Source: Candidatus Cybelea sp.
Lineage (GTDB): Bacteria > Vulcanimicrobiota > Vulcanimicrobiia > Vulcanimicrobiales > Vulcanimicrobiaceae
Assembly: GCA_035308305.1 (NCBI GenBank)
Contig: DATGGV010000022.1
Location: 20,097 to 84,096 of the forward strand
Reading direction: 5' to 3'
Length of the DNA: 64,000 nucleotides
Shown: piece by piece, positions 27,280 to 35,906 of the stretch
Layout: each line of letters begins with the position of its first letter
How positions within the stretch are numbered: the stretch's first letter is position 1
Translations under genes and position numbers: made by a program
The notes under the pieces: generated by a model
Seen by the model: only the letters and a program-made list of their open reading frames with translations
What the model was told of the DNA's origin: nothing
Database searches by the model: none

Positions 27280-28073
27280 AGGCAGCGCAAATTGCTTTTG
27301 AGGGCGTCGTGGTCCGGTACCCGGGCTCCGATCGCAATGCCGTCAACGGCGTATCGTTTGAGTTACTCGGCGGCGAACTCGTCGTGCTGCTCGGACCATC
27401 GGGCTGTGGGAAATCGACGCTGCTGCGCACCGTCAACCGTTTGGTGCCGCTCGACGCCGGCCGCGTCGTGGTCGACGGGCGCGACGTTACCGAACTCGAC
27501 CCGGTCGAGCTGCGGCGCAGCATCGGGTACGTGATCCAAGCCGTCGGACTCTTCGCTCACATGAGCGTCGCGCAAAACATCGCCGTCGTTCCATCGCTGC
27601 AGGGTTGGAAGGGCTCGGACGTCGCGCAACGCGTCGACGAGCTTCTGACACTCGTCGGACTCGACCCGGCTGCGTATCGCAATCGCCGTCCAAGTCAGCT
27701 CTCGGGCGGCGAGGCCCAGCGCGTTGGGGTTGCGCGCGCGATCGCCGCGCGGCCTCGCGCGCTGCTGATGGACGAGCCGTTCGGAGCGGTCGACGTCTTG
27801 GCACGCACGGCGCTTCAGCGCGAACTCGTGCGAATCGTGCGCGACCTCGAGACCACGACGCTCTTCGTGACGCACGACGTCGACGAGGCGTTTCGGCTGG
27901 CGGATCGGATCGTCGTCATGCGCGCAGGCCGCGTCGAACAAGTGGCCCCGCCGCTGGAGCTGTTCGACCAGCCGGCGACGGCGTACGTTCGCGACACCGT
28001 TCATGCCGGCGACGACGTCTACCGGCGCTATTTCGTGCACGCTCGCGAGCTGCTGAGGTCTGGGAACGAATGA
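27276..28073 (+). CDS. ABC transporter ATP-binding protein
   Basis: 265 aa. Walker A 'GPSGCGKST', signature 'LSGGEAQRV' and Walker B 'LLMDEP'. No CBS tail. Confidence 0.9.
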   Translation: MKAAQIAFEGVVVRYPGSDRNAVNGVSFELLGGELVVLLGPSGCGKSTLLRTVNRLVPLDAGRVVVDGRDVTELDPVELRRSIGYVIQAVGLFAHMSVAQNIAVVPSLQGWKGSDVAQRVDELLTLVGLDPAAYRNRRPSQLSGGEAQRVGVARAIAARPRALLMDEPFGAVDVLARTALQRELVRIVRDLETTTLFVTHDVDEAFRLADRIVVMRAGRVEQVAPPLELFDQPATAYVRDTVHAGDDVYRRYFVHARELLRSGNE

Positions 28074-28684
28074 ACTACCTCACCGCTCACCCGGCGCGCG
28101 TAGCCGCTTTGGCCGCCGCACATCTCGAGCTGGTCGGCGTCGCGCTAGCCGTCGCCCTGCTCGTCGCCGTACCGCTCGGCCTGTGGGCGGCGCGTCGCCG
28201 CAACGTCGCGCCCTGGCTGCTCGGCGTTTTGGGCGCGATCTACACGATTCCGAGCCTCGCACTGCTGGCCGTCCTCGTCGAGTGGTTCGGCCTAGGGTAC
28301 ACGCCGATCTTTGTGGCGCTGGTCGTCTACGCGCAGTTCATGCTGGCGCGCAACGTCGTCGCCGGCATCAACGGCGTGGATCGCGCGCAAGTCGACGCCG
28401 CCAGGGGCCTAGGAATGTCGCCGTCTCAAATTTTGCTCCGCGTCGAGTTTCCGCAGGCGTTGCCCGTGTTGATCGGCGGCGTTCGCATCGCGGCGATCGC
28501 GATGATTTCGATCGCCACGCTCGGCGGTTACGTCGGCGGCGTCGGCTTGGGCGTCCTCATCTTCAACGGCCTGACGCTGCATCAGCCGCAAATGATCGTG
28601 GCCGGAAGCCTCGCGGCCTGCGCGCTCGCAATCGCCGTCGACGCAACGCTCCGCTTAGCCGAACGTCGCACGGCACCTCGCTGA
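28070..28684 (+). CDS. Osmoprotectant ABC transporter permease (second subunit)
   Basis: Start at ATG 28070 (ATGA overlap). 'QVDAARGLGMSPSQILLRVEFPQALP' is the EAA loop. The upstream part of the 359-aa ORF is an out-of-frame shadow of the ATPase gene. Confidence 0.85.
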   Translation: MNYLTAHPARVAALAAAHLELVGVALAVALLVAVPLGLWAARRRNVAPWLLGVLGAIYTIPSLALLAVLVEWFGLGYTPIFVALVVYAQFMLARNVVAGINGVDRAQVDAARGLGMSPSQILLRVEFPQALPVLIGGVRIAAIAMISIATLGGYVGGVGLGVLIFNGLTLHQPQMIVAGSLAACALAIAVDATLRLAERRTAPR

Positions 28685-28721
28685 AGGAGCAAAAAGGCTC
28701 ATACTTAGTCCAGATCGAGGA

Positions 28722-28762
28722 GCCGAGGTCCGAAGTTTACTATGGTAATCGAGGACCTCGGC
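28722..28762. terminator. Hairpin between convergent genes (10-bp perfect stem, 21-nt loop)
   Basis: gccgaggtcc ... ggacctcggc. No clear U-tract on either strand, so the terminator role is tentative. Confidence 0.3.
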
Positions 28763-28792
28763 GACGAAGAGCTGGGCTAAATAGGGGCCTTT

Positions 28793-30418
28793 TTAAATCG
28801 CCTCGATTTTGGCCATCATGCCTTGGTCTTCGTGATCGAGGATGTGGCAGTGGAAGAGGAACTCGCCTTTGATGATCGGGGAGCGGAAATCCATCAGCAG
28901 GTCGAGCGTGCCCGGCACGCTCTTGATTCCAACCGGATAGCGGTGAGGAATGACGACGCTATCGGCCCAATACGGGTGTTTGACCGGCACGCCGTTGATC
29001 TTTTGGACCAAGAAGTGAAGCTGATGGATGTGAAAGTCGTGAATCTCCTGCGTAACGTTCACGACGTGCCATTCCTCTACCGTACCGACGTGAACCACGT
29101 ACATCGGCTTCGAATACATGGAAAACTGCTTGCCGTTGATGAAGAACTGCGGCTTGTTGTTTTCGCTGAAGACGACGACGCGTTTGGCTGCGGGCGGCGG
29201 CAGCTTGGTGTTGTAACCATTCGGAACCTGCGGCGCGCCGGCGGTTATCGGCTGCGTCGAAAAGTCTCCGCCATCGGCATGCTTGGGTGCCCGGAGCTTC
29301 GCGAGCAACCACGGAGGATCGCCGTCACCATTGGGCCCCGAGTTATAGCAGAGCGTCCGGAAGGTGCCGTGGCCGCTTGCGGGGCCGGTCACGATGAACT
29401 CCGCGCGCGCGGCCGGCGGAACGACGAGGTACGGCACCGACTCGGTTGCAGGCGTGCCGGGATAACTGTCCAGAGCAAATCCGTCGATCGCAACCACTTG
29501 GATGTTTTCGCCGTCCACGGCGAGCTTGAGCGTCTTATGGCCCGTCGCATTGACCACACGGAAGAACTGCTTCTCTCCCGGCGCAATCGTAATTACCGGC
29601 TCGAAGGCCCCGTTGAGCGTGACGTTGAGACCGTCGTAGAAAAGGCACGGCGTCCGATTACTGTTGAGCGGGCGCGCCGTTGCCATCGGCATGCCGGCCA
29701 TCCCAGCCATGCCGGGCATTGCATCTTCCGAATCTCCAGCCGCGTCGGCGTCGTCGTGAGGCCGCGCGTTCACGCCAATACCGGTCGCGCGTACGACGAT
29801 CAGGCGCTGTTTCATTTTGGCAAGCCGAGGCAAGTGCTTCTCGATGCCTAGGACGACGATCGCGCCCGACATTCCACCTTCGCCAACTTGATAGCTGGTC
29901 TCGAGGTGCACGTGCGGGTGATACCAATAGAGGCCCGGTTCCTGATTTATCGGGACGTGCACTTCGTAGTGCAGCATCTGACCGGGAGTGGCAAGGACGC
30001 CTAAGACGTCGTCGCCGGGTTTGCGCGGCGCGGAGCCCATCCCGTGGAAGTGCAAGTTCATGTCCGACGCCAGGCCGCCGCTGACCGGCAAGTCGTCGGT
30101 GAGATTGATAACGAAGCGCTGGCCCGGTTGCACTTCGATCGTCGGAGCGACCCCGTGCAAACCGTTATACTGAAACGACGGTAAGCCCGTGGCCGGATTA
30201 ACGTTGGCGATCAGCGAGACCTTCGCAACGCCGTCGACCGCTTTGACGACCGGCGGTTCCGGAAGCTCGTTTACGTTGGTGTCCGGCGAGAGCCTCGCTC
30301 CAGGCAGTTGCGAAAGCGTTCCCGGGCCCGGTGGAATCGCACCGGTTGGACCGCTCGCTCCGCGGCAGCCTGCGGCAAGAGCAGCGACGATGACAAAAAT
30401 GAGAAGGCGACGGCTCAT
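28793..30418 (-). CDS. Multicopper oxidase (laccase/CueO-like) lipoprotein
   Basis: 541 aa. Lipobox 'ALAAGC|RG'. Copper motifs 'HFHGM', 'WYHPHVH', 'HDFHIHQ' and 'HCHILDHEDQGMM'. A Met/Gly-rich segment, 'MPGMAGMAGMPM', is also present. Confidence 0.85.
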   Translation of the reverse strand: MSRRLLIFVIVAALAAGCRGASGPTGAIPPGPGTLSQLPGARLSPDTNVNELPEPPVVKAVDGVAKVSLIANVNPATGLPSFQYNGLHGVAPTIEVQPGQRFVINLTDDLPVSGGLASDMNLHFHGMGSAPRKPGDDVLGVLATPGQMLHYEVHVPINQEPGLYWYHPHVHLETSYQVGEGGMSGAIVVLGIEKHLPRLAKMKQRLIVVRATGIGVNARPHDDADAAGDSEDAMPGMAGMAGMPMATARPLNSNRTPCLFYDGLNVTLNGAFEPVITIAPGEKQFFRVVNATGHKTLKLAVDGENIQVVAIDGFALDSYPGTPATESVPYLVVPPAARAEFIVTGPASGHGTFRTLCYNSGPNGDGDPPWLLAKLRAPKHADGGDFSTQPITAGAPQVPNGYNTKLPPPAAKRVVVFSENNKPQFFINGKQFSMYSKPMYVVHVGTVEEWHVVNVTQEIHDFHIHQLHFLVQKINGVPVKHPYWADSVVIPHRYPVGIKSVPGTLDLLMDFRSPIIKGEFLFHCHILDHEDQGMMAKIEAI

Positions 30419-30471
30419 AGGGAAAATACCTCGCCCGATACTTCCTAGACTGACCCGGGCTTCCCTATCGT

Positions 30472-31476
30472 TTATTGACGAACGAGGAGATGAACGCTGA
30501 AGCTCTTTGCGCGGTCGTGCCAGACCGATCGCGGCGTAAAGCCGGCGCCCTCGGCCAACCGCGCCACGTCTTCGTCGGCAAACTTGTACGACGACTCGGT
30601 ATGAATTCGTTCGCCGGCTTCCAGCGTAATTCGAAGGTCCGCGGCGCGTACGTGAACGGCCATGCGCTCTTGTGCCTCTAGGAACGAGTCCACCGAGCCG
30701 CGCCGCTCGTCGTAGTGCGCGATGTGGTGGAATTTCTTGAGATCGAAGTCTGCGTCGAGCTCGCGATTGATCCGCACGAGCACGTTGCGGTTGAAGGCCG
30801 CCGTCACGCCGATCGGATCGTCATAGGCCTGCTCGAGCGTCGCGCGATCTTTCTTGAGATCGGTACCGATCAGCAACCCATTACCCGGGCGCAGCGCGGA
30901 ACCGAGCAGTGAAAACAGCCGCCGCGCCTCGTGGGGCTCGTAGTTCCCGATGTTCGACCCCATGAACATGGCAAGCATTTTGCGATCCGAGAGTACCGCC
31001 TGCGATTCGAGCACGTCGAAATAATCGCCGGCGTAAGCGCGCACGCGCAACTGCGGATAGCTTTCCACCAAGGCCATTGACGACGCGCAGACGGCTTCGG
31101 TTGAAATGTCGATCGGAGAATAGAGCAGTTGGTCTTGCACGCGCAACGCTTCGCCGATTAAAAGGCGGGTTTTTATCGCGCTTCCACTTCCGAGCTCCAG
31201 AAAATCGACCGGTGCGTCGAGCAATCGGACGATCTGCCATCCCCATTCCGAGAGAATCTCGGTTTCGGCTCGCGTTAGATAGTATTCCGGCAGATGCGTG
31301 ATCGCGTCGAAGAGCGCCGAGCCGACGTCGTCGTAGTGATACTTCGACGGCAAGCATTTCGACGTCGCAGTCATGCCCGCCACCACGTCGTCGGCAAACG
31401 AGGGTACCCCCTTCGCCCGAGGTACCGTGACGAGTTCGAAACGGTCGGAGACCGCAATATCTATGGCCACGTGCAC
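30472..31476 (-). CDS. egtD: EgtD-like L-histidine N-alpha-methyltransferase (SAM-dependent)
   Basis: 334 aa, collinear with mycobacterial EgtD as I remember it. Motifs: 'LPSKYHYDDVGSALFDAITHLPEYYLTRAE', 'LELGSGSAIKTR', 'GSNIGN', 'GVTAAFNRNVL' and 'TESSYKF'. Confidence 0.8.
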   Translation of the reverse strand: MHVAIDIAVSDRFELVTVPRAKGVPSFADDVVAGMTATSKCLPSKYHYDDVGSALFDAITHLPEYYLTRAETEILSEWGWQIVRLLDAPVDFLELGSGSAIKTRLLIGEALRVQDQLLYSPIDISTEAVCASSMALVESYPQLRVRAYAGDYFDVLESQAVLSDRKMLAMFMGSNIGNYEPHEARRLFSLLGSALRPGNGLLIGTDLKKDRATLEQAYDDPIGVTAAFNRNVLVRINRELDADFDLKKFHHIAHYDERRGSVDSFLEAQERMAVHVRAADLRITLEAGERIHTESSYKFADEDVARLAEGAGFTPRSVWHDRAKSFSVHLLVRQ

Positions 31477-31561
31477 CCCCTCATGCCCGAGTACGCCCTC
31501 TTATAAACGGGGAACGCTCGGCGGGTTGCAGATGGATTGGCTCCCATAGCACTACAGGCTC

Positions 31562-32977
31562 CTAAGGCTCGAGAAGGTTGATCCGCAGGCGCGAGTTCCA
31601 GAAGCCGTAGAGGGCGTAGACCGCCAGGCCGACCAGGAACCAGATGCCGTATCGCCACCAGGTCGCCACCTGCAGGCCGCTGACGAGGTAGAGGCACGAC
31701 CCGGCGCCGGCGATCGAAAAGAGGGGCAAAAGAGGTGCCCGAAACGGCCGCGGAGCCGCCGGGTTCACGATGCGCAGCACCAAGACTCCGGCGCACACGA
31801 TTGCGAAGGCCGCGAGGGTGCCGATATTGACTAGCAGCAGCAGTTGAGTCAGCGGAAAGACCGCGGCGAAGACGGCCACGATGGCGCCGGTAATCAGCGT
31901 CATCCGCGCAGGCGTGCGAAAGACGTGATGGATCCGCGCGACGCCCGGCGGCAACATGCGATCGCGCGCCATCACGTAGAAGATGCGTACCTGCCCCAGC
32001 AGCGACGTCAGCATTACCGTCGCGTTGCCCGCCAAGCCGCCGATGGCGACGATCCAATAGAGCGCATGGCTCTTGTTGACCGAGCCGAGCGCGTCGAGCA
32101 TGGCGGCGCCCTGGGATAGGCGATCGAAGCGCAGAACGCCGACCGTACAAAGCGTTAAGGCCACGTAGAGAATCCCGCCAAGGGCAAGCGCCAGAACGAT
32201 ACCGATGGGAACGTTGCGCTCCGGCTGCTTGGCCTCTTCCGAAGCGACGGTTACCGTGTCGAAACCGATGTACGCAAAAAATACGAGTGCGGTACTGGCG
32301 AGCACGCCGTGATAGCCCATCGGTGCAAACGGATGCAGATTTCCCAGGTGCACGAAGGGCGCAACCGCTCCAATAAAGACCAGCATCGACGCGATCTGTA
32401 CGATGACCAGCGCTCCGTTGACGCCGGCCGACTCGCGGATCCCGATGGCGACGAGCACGGTGACGGCCAGCGTTACGATCGAGGCGACGAGGTCGATCTG
32501 CGGACGGACCGCGTGGATGTTGGCGGTTTGCGCCCACGCCGGCAAGACGATCCCGATGTTGGCCAGCATGTGCGCCAGGTAGTCCGAAAGCGACGACGCC
32601 GTGGGCGCCAACGAAAGGCCGTATTCCAGGATCAAATCCCAGCCGATAATCCAAGCAACGAGCTCGCCCATCGTCGCATAGGCGTACGTGTAGGCGCTCC
32701 CCGCGACTGGGACCATAGAGGCGAACTCGGCGTAACAGAGCGCCACGCAGAGGCTGACGAGCCCCGAAAGAACGTAGGCGAGAATGACGGCCGGCCCGGC
32801 GGCGTGCGCGCCGGCGCCGATGGTTGTAAAGATTCCGCCGAGCATCGTTCCCAAACCGATTCCGGTAAGGGCAGGCCAACCCAAGACGCGGCGTAACGGC
32901 GGACCCGAGGATGCGGGTGCGGTCCATCCGAGGGGTTGGCGGGTGACGAGTTGTTTTAACGCATTGCGGAGCGCCAA
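31562..32977 (-). CDS. APC-superfamily amino acid permease
   Basis: 471 aa, about 12 TM. 'GSAYTYAYATMGELVAWIIGWDLILEY'. Paralogous to the gene at 59547-61043. Confidence 0.85.
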   Translation of the reverse strand: MALRNALKQLVTRQPLGWTAPASSGPPLRRVLGWPALTGIGLGTMLGGIFTTIGAGAHAAGPAVILAYVLSGLVSLCVALCYAEFASMVPVAGSAYTYAYATMGELVAWIIGWDLILEYGLSLAPTASSLSDYLAHMLANIGIVLPAWAQTANIHAVRPQIDLVASIVTLAVTVLVAIGIRESAGVNGALVIVQIASMLVFIGAVAPFVHLGNLHPFAPMGYHGVLASTALVFFAYIGFDTVTVASEEAKQPERNVPIGIVLALALGGILYVALTLCTVGVLRFDRLSQGAAMLDALGSVNKSHALYWIVAIGGLAGNATVMLTSLLGQVRIFYVMARDRMLPPGVARIHHVFRTPARMTLITGAIVAVFAAVFPLTQLLLLVNIGTLAAFAIVCAGVLVLRIVNPAAPRPFRAPLLPLFSIAGAGSCLYLVSGLQVATWWRYGIWFLVGLAVYALYGFWNSRLRINLLEP

Positions 32978-32999
32978 GCGATCGGGACCCTACAGGCTC

Positions 33000-33449
33000 C
33001 TAGGCTTTCGGGCAGACTTCTCGCAACGCCGCGAGGGCCATCGGGTTGGGCGGGACGGCAATCGGTCGCACGTAAACCGCGAAATAACTCGAGCCTTTTA
33101 TAATCGTGGCCACGGTTTCGATATCCGTCTGACGTCCCTCAGAAGAAGAGCCTCGTGCTTGGACGTACTTTGCGGGCTGCGCGCCGCAGATTTTGATCGT
33201 TCGCTGCGAAACGATGGTCACGTCGTGCATGGTGTCTTGCAAGTTGGATTTTGAGAAAATCTCGTTCGTCTGCATCGGCCGGGGCGATTTGAAGAGCATC
33301 AGCACCTCCTGGTCTTCAGTCGGCGGACGCCAGAACTGCATGAAACCCAGGATCCCCGGCGACGGTCGCCAGCCCGGGGGCGCCGCGAATCGCAAGCCAT
33401 CGACGGGACTCGCCTGCAGAGCGCAGCCGCCCACCGTGACGGCGAGCAT
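33000..33449 (-). CDS. Hypothetical secreted protein or lipoprotein
   Basis: 149 aa from the first ATG. 'VGGC' occurs only 9 residues in, so the true start may lie upstream at a non-canonical ATC 33482 (see findings). Confidence 0.45.
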   Translation of the reverse strand: MLAVTVGGCALQASPVDGLRFAAPPGWRPSPGILGFMQFWRPPTEDQEVLMLFKSPRPMQTNEIFSKSNLQDTMHDVTIVSQRTIKICGAQPAKYVQARGSSSEGRQTDIETVATIIKGSSYFAVYVRPIAVPPNPMALAALREVCPKA

Positions 33450-33524
33450 CGCAACGAGGGCAACACGAAGGGGCGAATGGATATCGACTACCTCCTGATG
33501 GCCGATAGGCTTCCACTTCCCATC

Positions 33525-34253
33525 TCAATTTCCGCCGGGGCGCTCGTACGAGACGATGCGAGCCCAGCGATCGTAGATCAGCGCGATGTATTCGCGCGTT
33601 TCCGCATACGGGGGCACCCCGCGATATCGGGCGACGGCGAAGGGACCCGCGTTATACGCCGCCAGCGCGGCCGAATACGGATCGGCGTAACGCCCCTGGT
33701 AGGCATCGGCGTATCCGCCGATGAGTGCCGCCGCGGCTTCGATCGATTCAAAGGGGTCGTATGGATCCACGCCGACGTCGGCGGCCGTCTCCGGCATGAA
33801 TTGAGCGATGCCGATCGCGCCGGCCGACGATAGGGCTTCCGGATCGTAGGCCGATTCTTGCAAGAGCGTCGCGCCGAGGAACTCAGCCGGAAGACGATGG
33901 CTCAAAGCTGCGCGCGCCGTCGCTCCGGCAAACAACAGCGCGTAGGCCGGTTGCAGCCGAGGGTTGGTCCGCAGAATCGCGCGCGCAATCGCGAGTTCCG
34001 CAGCACCGACCGCAGGCCCGTCGCGAATCAAGAAGGCGCCCTGCAGTGCGTCGACGCCGGCGGGCGACGGCCAGCTTAAAGCGATGTTAAGAGCCCGCTG
34101 CAGTTGGGGCGGCGCGATTGTTCGGGCGTTGGTATGGTATATGGTAGATACGGTGCATCCGGACAACACTATAGCGCCGCATAAGGGGACGAAACGCATG
34201 TTCTTCATTACGGCTCTCATCGTCACGCTCGTCGTGGGAGACTTTGGTTCCAC
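33525..34253 (-). CDS. Lytic transglycosylase (SLT domain) lipoprotein
   Basis: 'LLQESAYDPEALSSAGAIGIAQFMPETA' is the SLT catalytic Glu motif, followed by 'AAYNAGPFAV'. The likely start is ATG 34208 or 34199 ('M(KNM)RFVPLCGAIVLSGC|T'). Confidence 0.8.
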   Translation of the reverse strand: MEPKSPTTSVTMRAVMKNMRFVPLCGAIVLSGCTVSTIYHTNARTIAPPQLQRALNIALSWPSPAGVDALQGAFLIRDGPAVGAAELAIARAILRTNPRLQPAYALLFAGATARAALSHRLPAEFLGATLLQESAYDPEALSSAGAIGIAQFMPETAADVGVDPYDPFESIEAAAALIGGYADAYQGRYADPYSAALAAYNAGPFAVARYRGVPPYAETREYIALIYDRWARIVSYERPGGN

Positions 34254-34725
34254 GTTCTTTTATCACGTTCCGCAGCATCTATGGTTCACGCTGCACTTGC
34301 GCACGCATCACGATCGCCGGCGTCCGTACTTCGATCATGCTGTACTATCGGCCGACCCGGCGGTCTTGCTCGACGGTTTTCTGGGCGCCGTTCCGTACTT
34401 GGTCGCCGCCGCGGTCCTGTGGCGCCTTTCCTGGCCGGGCGCCGTTGCGGGTCTGGCCCTAGGCCAGCTCCACGTCTGGTGGCGTCACTCCACGGAGCTG
34501 GGCTGGCGGACCCCGGCCTGGGCTCGAACCCTCCTGCGCCCCTTGAGAATCGTTCTTCCCGAGGACCATGACGGGCACCACCGAAACCCCGAGGTCGAGT
34601 TTGGCGACATCTTCCGCTTCTTCGATGCGCCGGCTCGCGCGCTCTTGGCGTGGCTCGCACCAACGGGCCGTCGAGCGCGGAATGCCGGCCGGCGCGCGAC
34701 GAGGAGGGTTCCGGCCAGAGCCTAA
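34198..34725 (+). CDS. Small His-box membrane protein (fatty-acid hydroxylase/desaturase-like)
   Basis: Start at ATG 34198, with AAGGGG 8 nt upstream. Three His clusters: 'HLRTHH', 'WWRH' and 'HDGHH'. Two to three TM helices. About 175 aa. Confidence 0.5.
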   Translation: MFFITALIVTLVVGDFGSTFFYHVPQHLWFTLHLRTHHDRRRPYFDHAVLSADPAVLLDGFLGAVPYLVAAAVLWRLSWPGAVAGLALGQLHVWWRHSTELGWRTPAWARTLLRPLRIVLPEDHDGHHRNPEVEFGDIFRFFDAPARALLAWLAPTGRRARNAGRRATRRVPARA

Positions 34726-34737
34726 TCGGGGGGTCCT

Positions 34738-35904
34738 ATGGCCAAACGGGCGCTACTTTTGATCTCGGACACGGGCGGCGGCCACCGCAGCGCCGCGAAC
34801 GCGATCGTGGCGGCCCTGCAAGAGTCCGCGACCCACGAGCCGTTTGAAACGCGGATCGAGGACGTTGCGGCCCATTGCGCCTTCCCGCTCACGCAGCTGG
34901 GGCTTGGATACAGCATGGCTCTGCGCTACGCCCCGCCGCTCTACGGCGCGCTGTACTATGCCACCAACGGACGCCGGCGCTACCGCGCGCTGGTGCGCTT
35001 CTGCGAACCTCTCTACCGCGAGCGCTTACGCGACCTCTTCACCAGCTACCAGCCCGACGTCATCGTTTCGGTTCATCCACTGCTCAATCACGCCGCAATG
35101 CGGGCTCGCGCCGACGCCCACATGCAGCACGTTCCGATCATCACCGTCATCACCGACCTCGGTAAGGTTCACGAGTCGTGGCTCGTACCAAACGTTGATG
35201 CGGTTGTCGTTCCGGCCCGTGAAGTCTACCAGCGCGCGCTCTCGCGCGCCGTGCCGACTGGGCGTCTACACCTGCTGGGGCATCCGATCCATCCGAAGTT
35301 CGACGACGTCACCGGAAGCAAGGCGAGCCTGCGCGCGCAACTCGATTTGCCGGCCGAGCAGACGCCGGTCGTGATGCTGATGGCGGGCGGCGAAGGGGGC
35401 GGCAAGCTTCTTTCAACTGCACTAGCGCTCGCAAAGGCCAAGCTTCCCATCGAACTGGTCGTCGTCTGCGGCCGAAACGAACCGCTCGAAACCAGACTCA
35501 AAGAACTCGCCCGCTCGTTGCCGACCCCGATGCACGTCCTCGGCTTCACCGACAAGATTCCAGAGTATTTTCGCGCGGTCGATCTTCTGGTTACGAAGGC
35601 CGGCCCCGGAACGCTGGCCGAGGCAAACGCCGCGCAGCTTCCGGTTATCGTCTACGACTACATTCCCGGCCAGGAGCGCGGCAACGTCGACTTCGTGCGC
35701 CGCAACGGTCTCGGCTTGATCGCGCTCAACGGCGCGGCGGCGGTTGTTCGCGCCGTGAAAACGCTCATTGACGCGCCCGACCGGCTCGAGATGATTCGCC
35801 ACAACCAAGAAGTCGTCGCCCCGCGCCGCAGCTCTCGCCGCATTGCCGCGCTGATCTCAGAAACGACGAAAAACGCGCTCCTAGAAACCGCCGCCGCCGT
35901 TTAG
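34738..35904 (+). CDS. GT28 diacylglycerol glycosyltransferase (MGDG synthase/UgtP-like)
   Basis: 388 aa. 'LLISDTGGGHRSAANAI' is the hallmark N-terminus of MGDG-synthase-family enzymes, followed by 'VTKAGPGTLAEA'. Confidence 0.85.
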   Translation: MAKRALLLISDTGGGHRSAANAIVAALQESATHEPFETRIEDVAAHCAFPLTQLGLGYSMALRYAPPLYGALYYATNGRRRYRALVRFCEPLYRERLRDLFTSYQPDVIVSVHPLLNHAAMRARADAHMQHVPIITVITDLGKVHESWLVPNVDAVVVPAREVYQRALSRAVPTGRLHLLGHPIHPKFDDVTGSKASLRAQLDLPAEQTPVVMLMAGGEGGGKLLSTALALAKAKLPIELVVVCGRNEPLETRLKELARSLPTPMHVLGFTDKIPEYFRAVDLLVTKAGPGTLAEANAAQLPVIVYDYIPGQERGNVDFVRRNGLGLIALNGAAAVVRAVKTLIDAPDRLEMIRHNQEVVAPRRSSRRIAALISETTKNALLETAAAV

Positions 35905-35906
35905 CG

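Noticed and set aside
31461-32927. A 488-aa minus-strand ORF on the same strand as the APC permease but in another frame.
   Set aside because: It is an out-of-frame shadow of the permease gene. It is extremely Arg/Gly/Ala-rich ('RRRRARRRAGRHSRLRS'), whereas the permease frame gives 12 hydrophobic helices.
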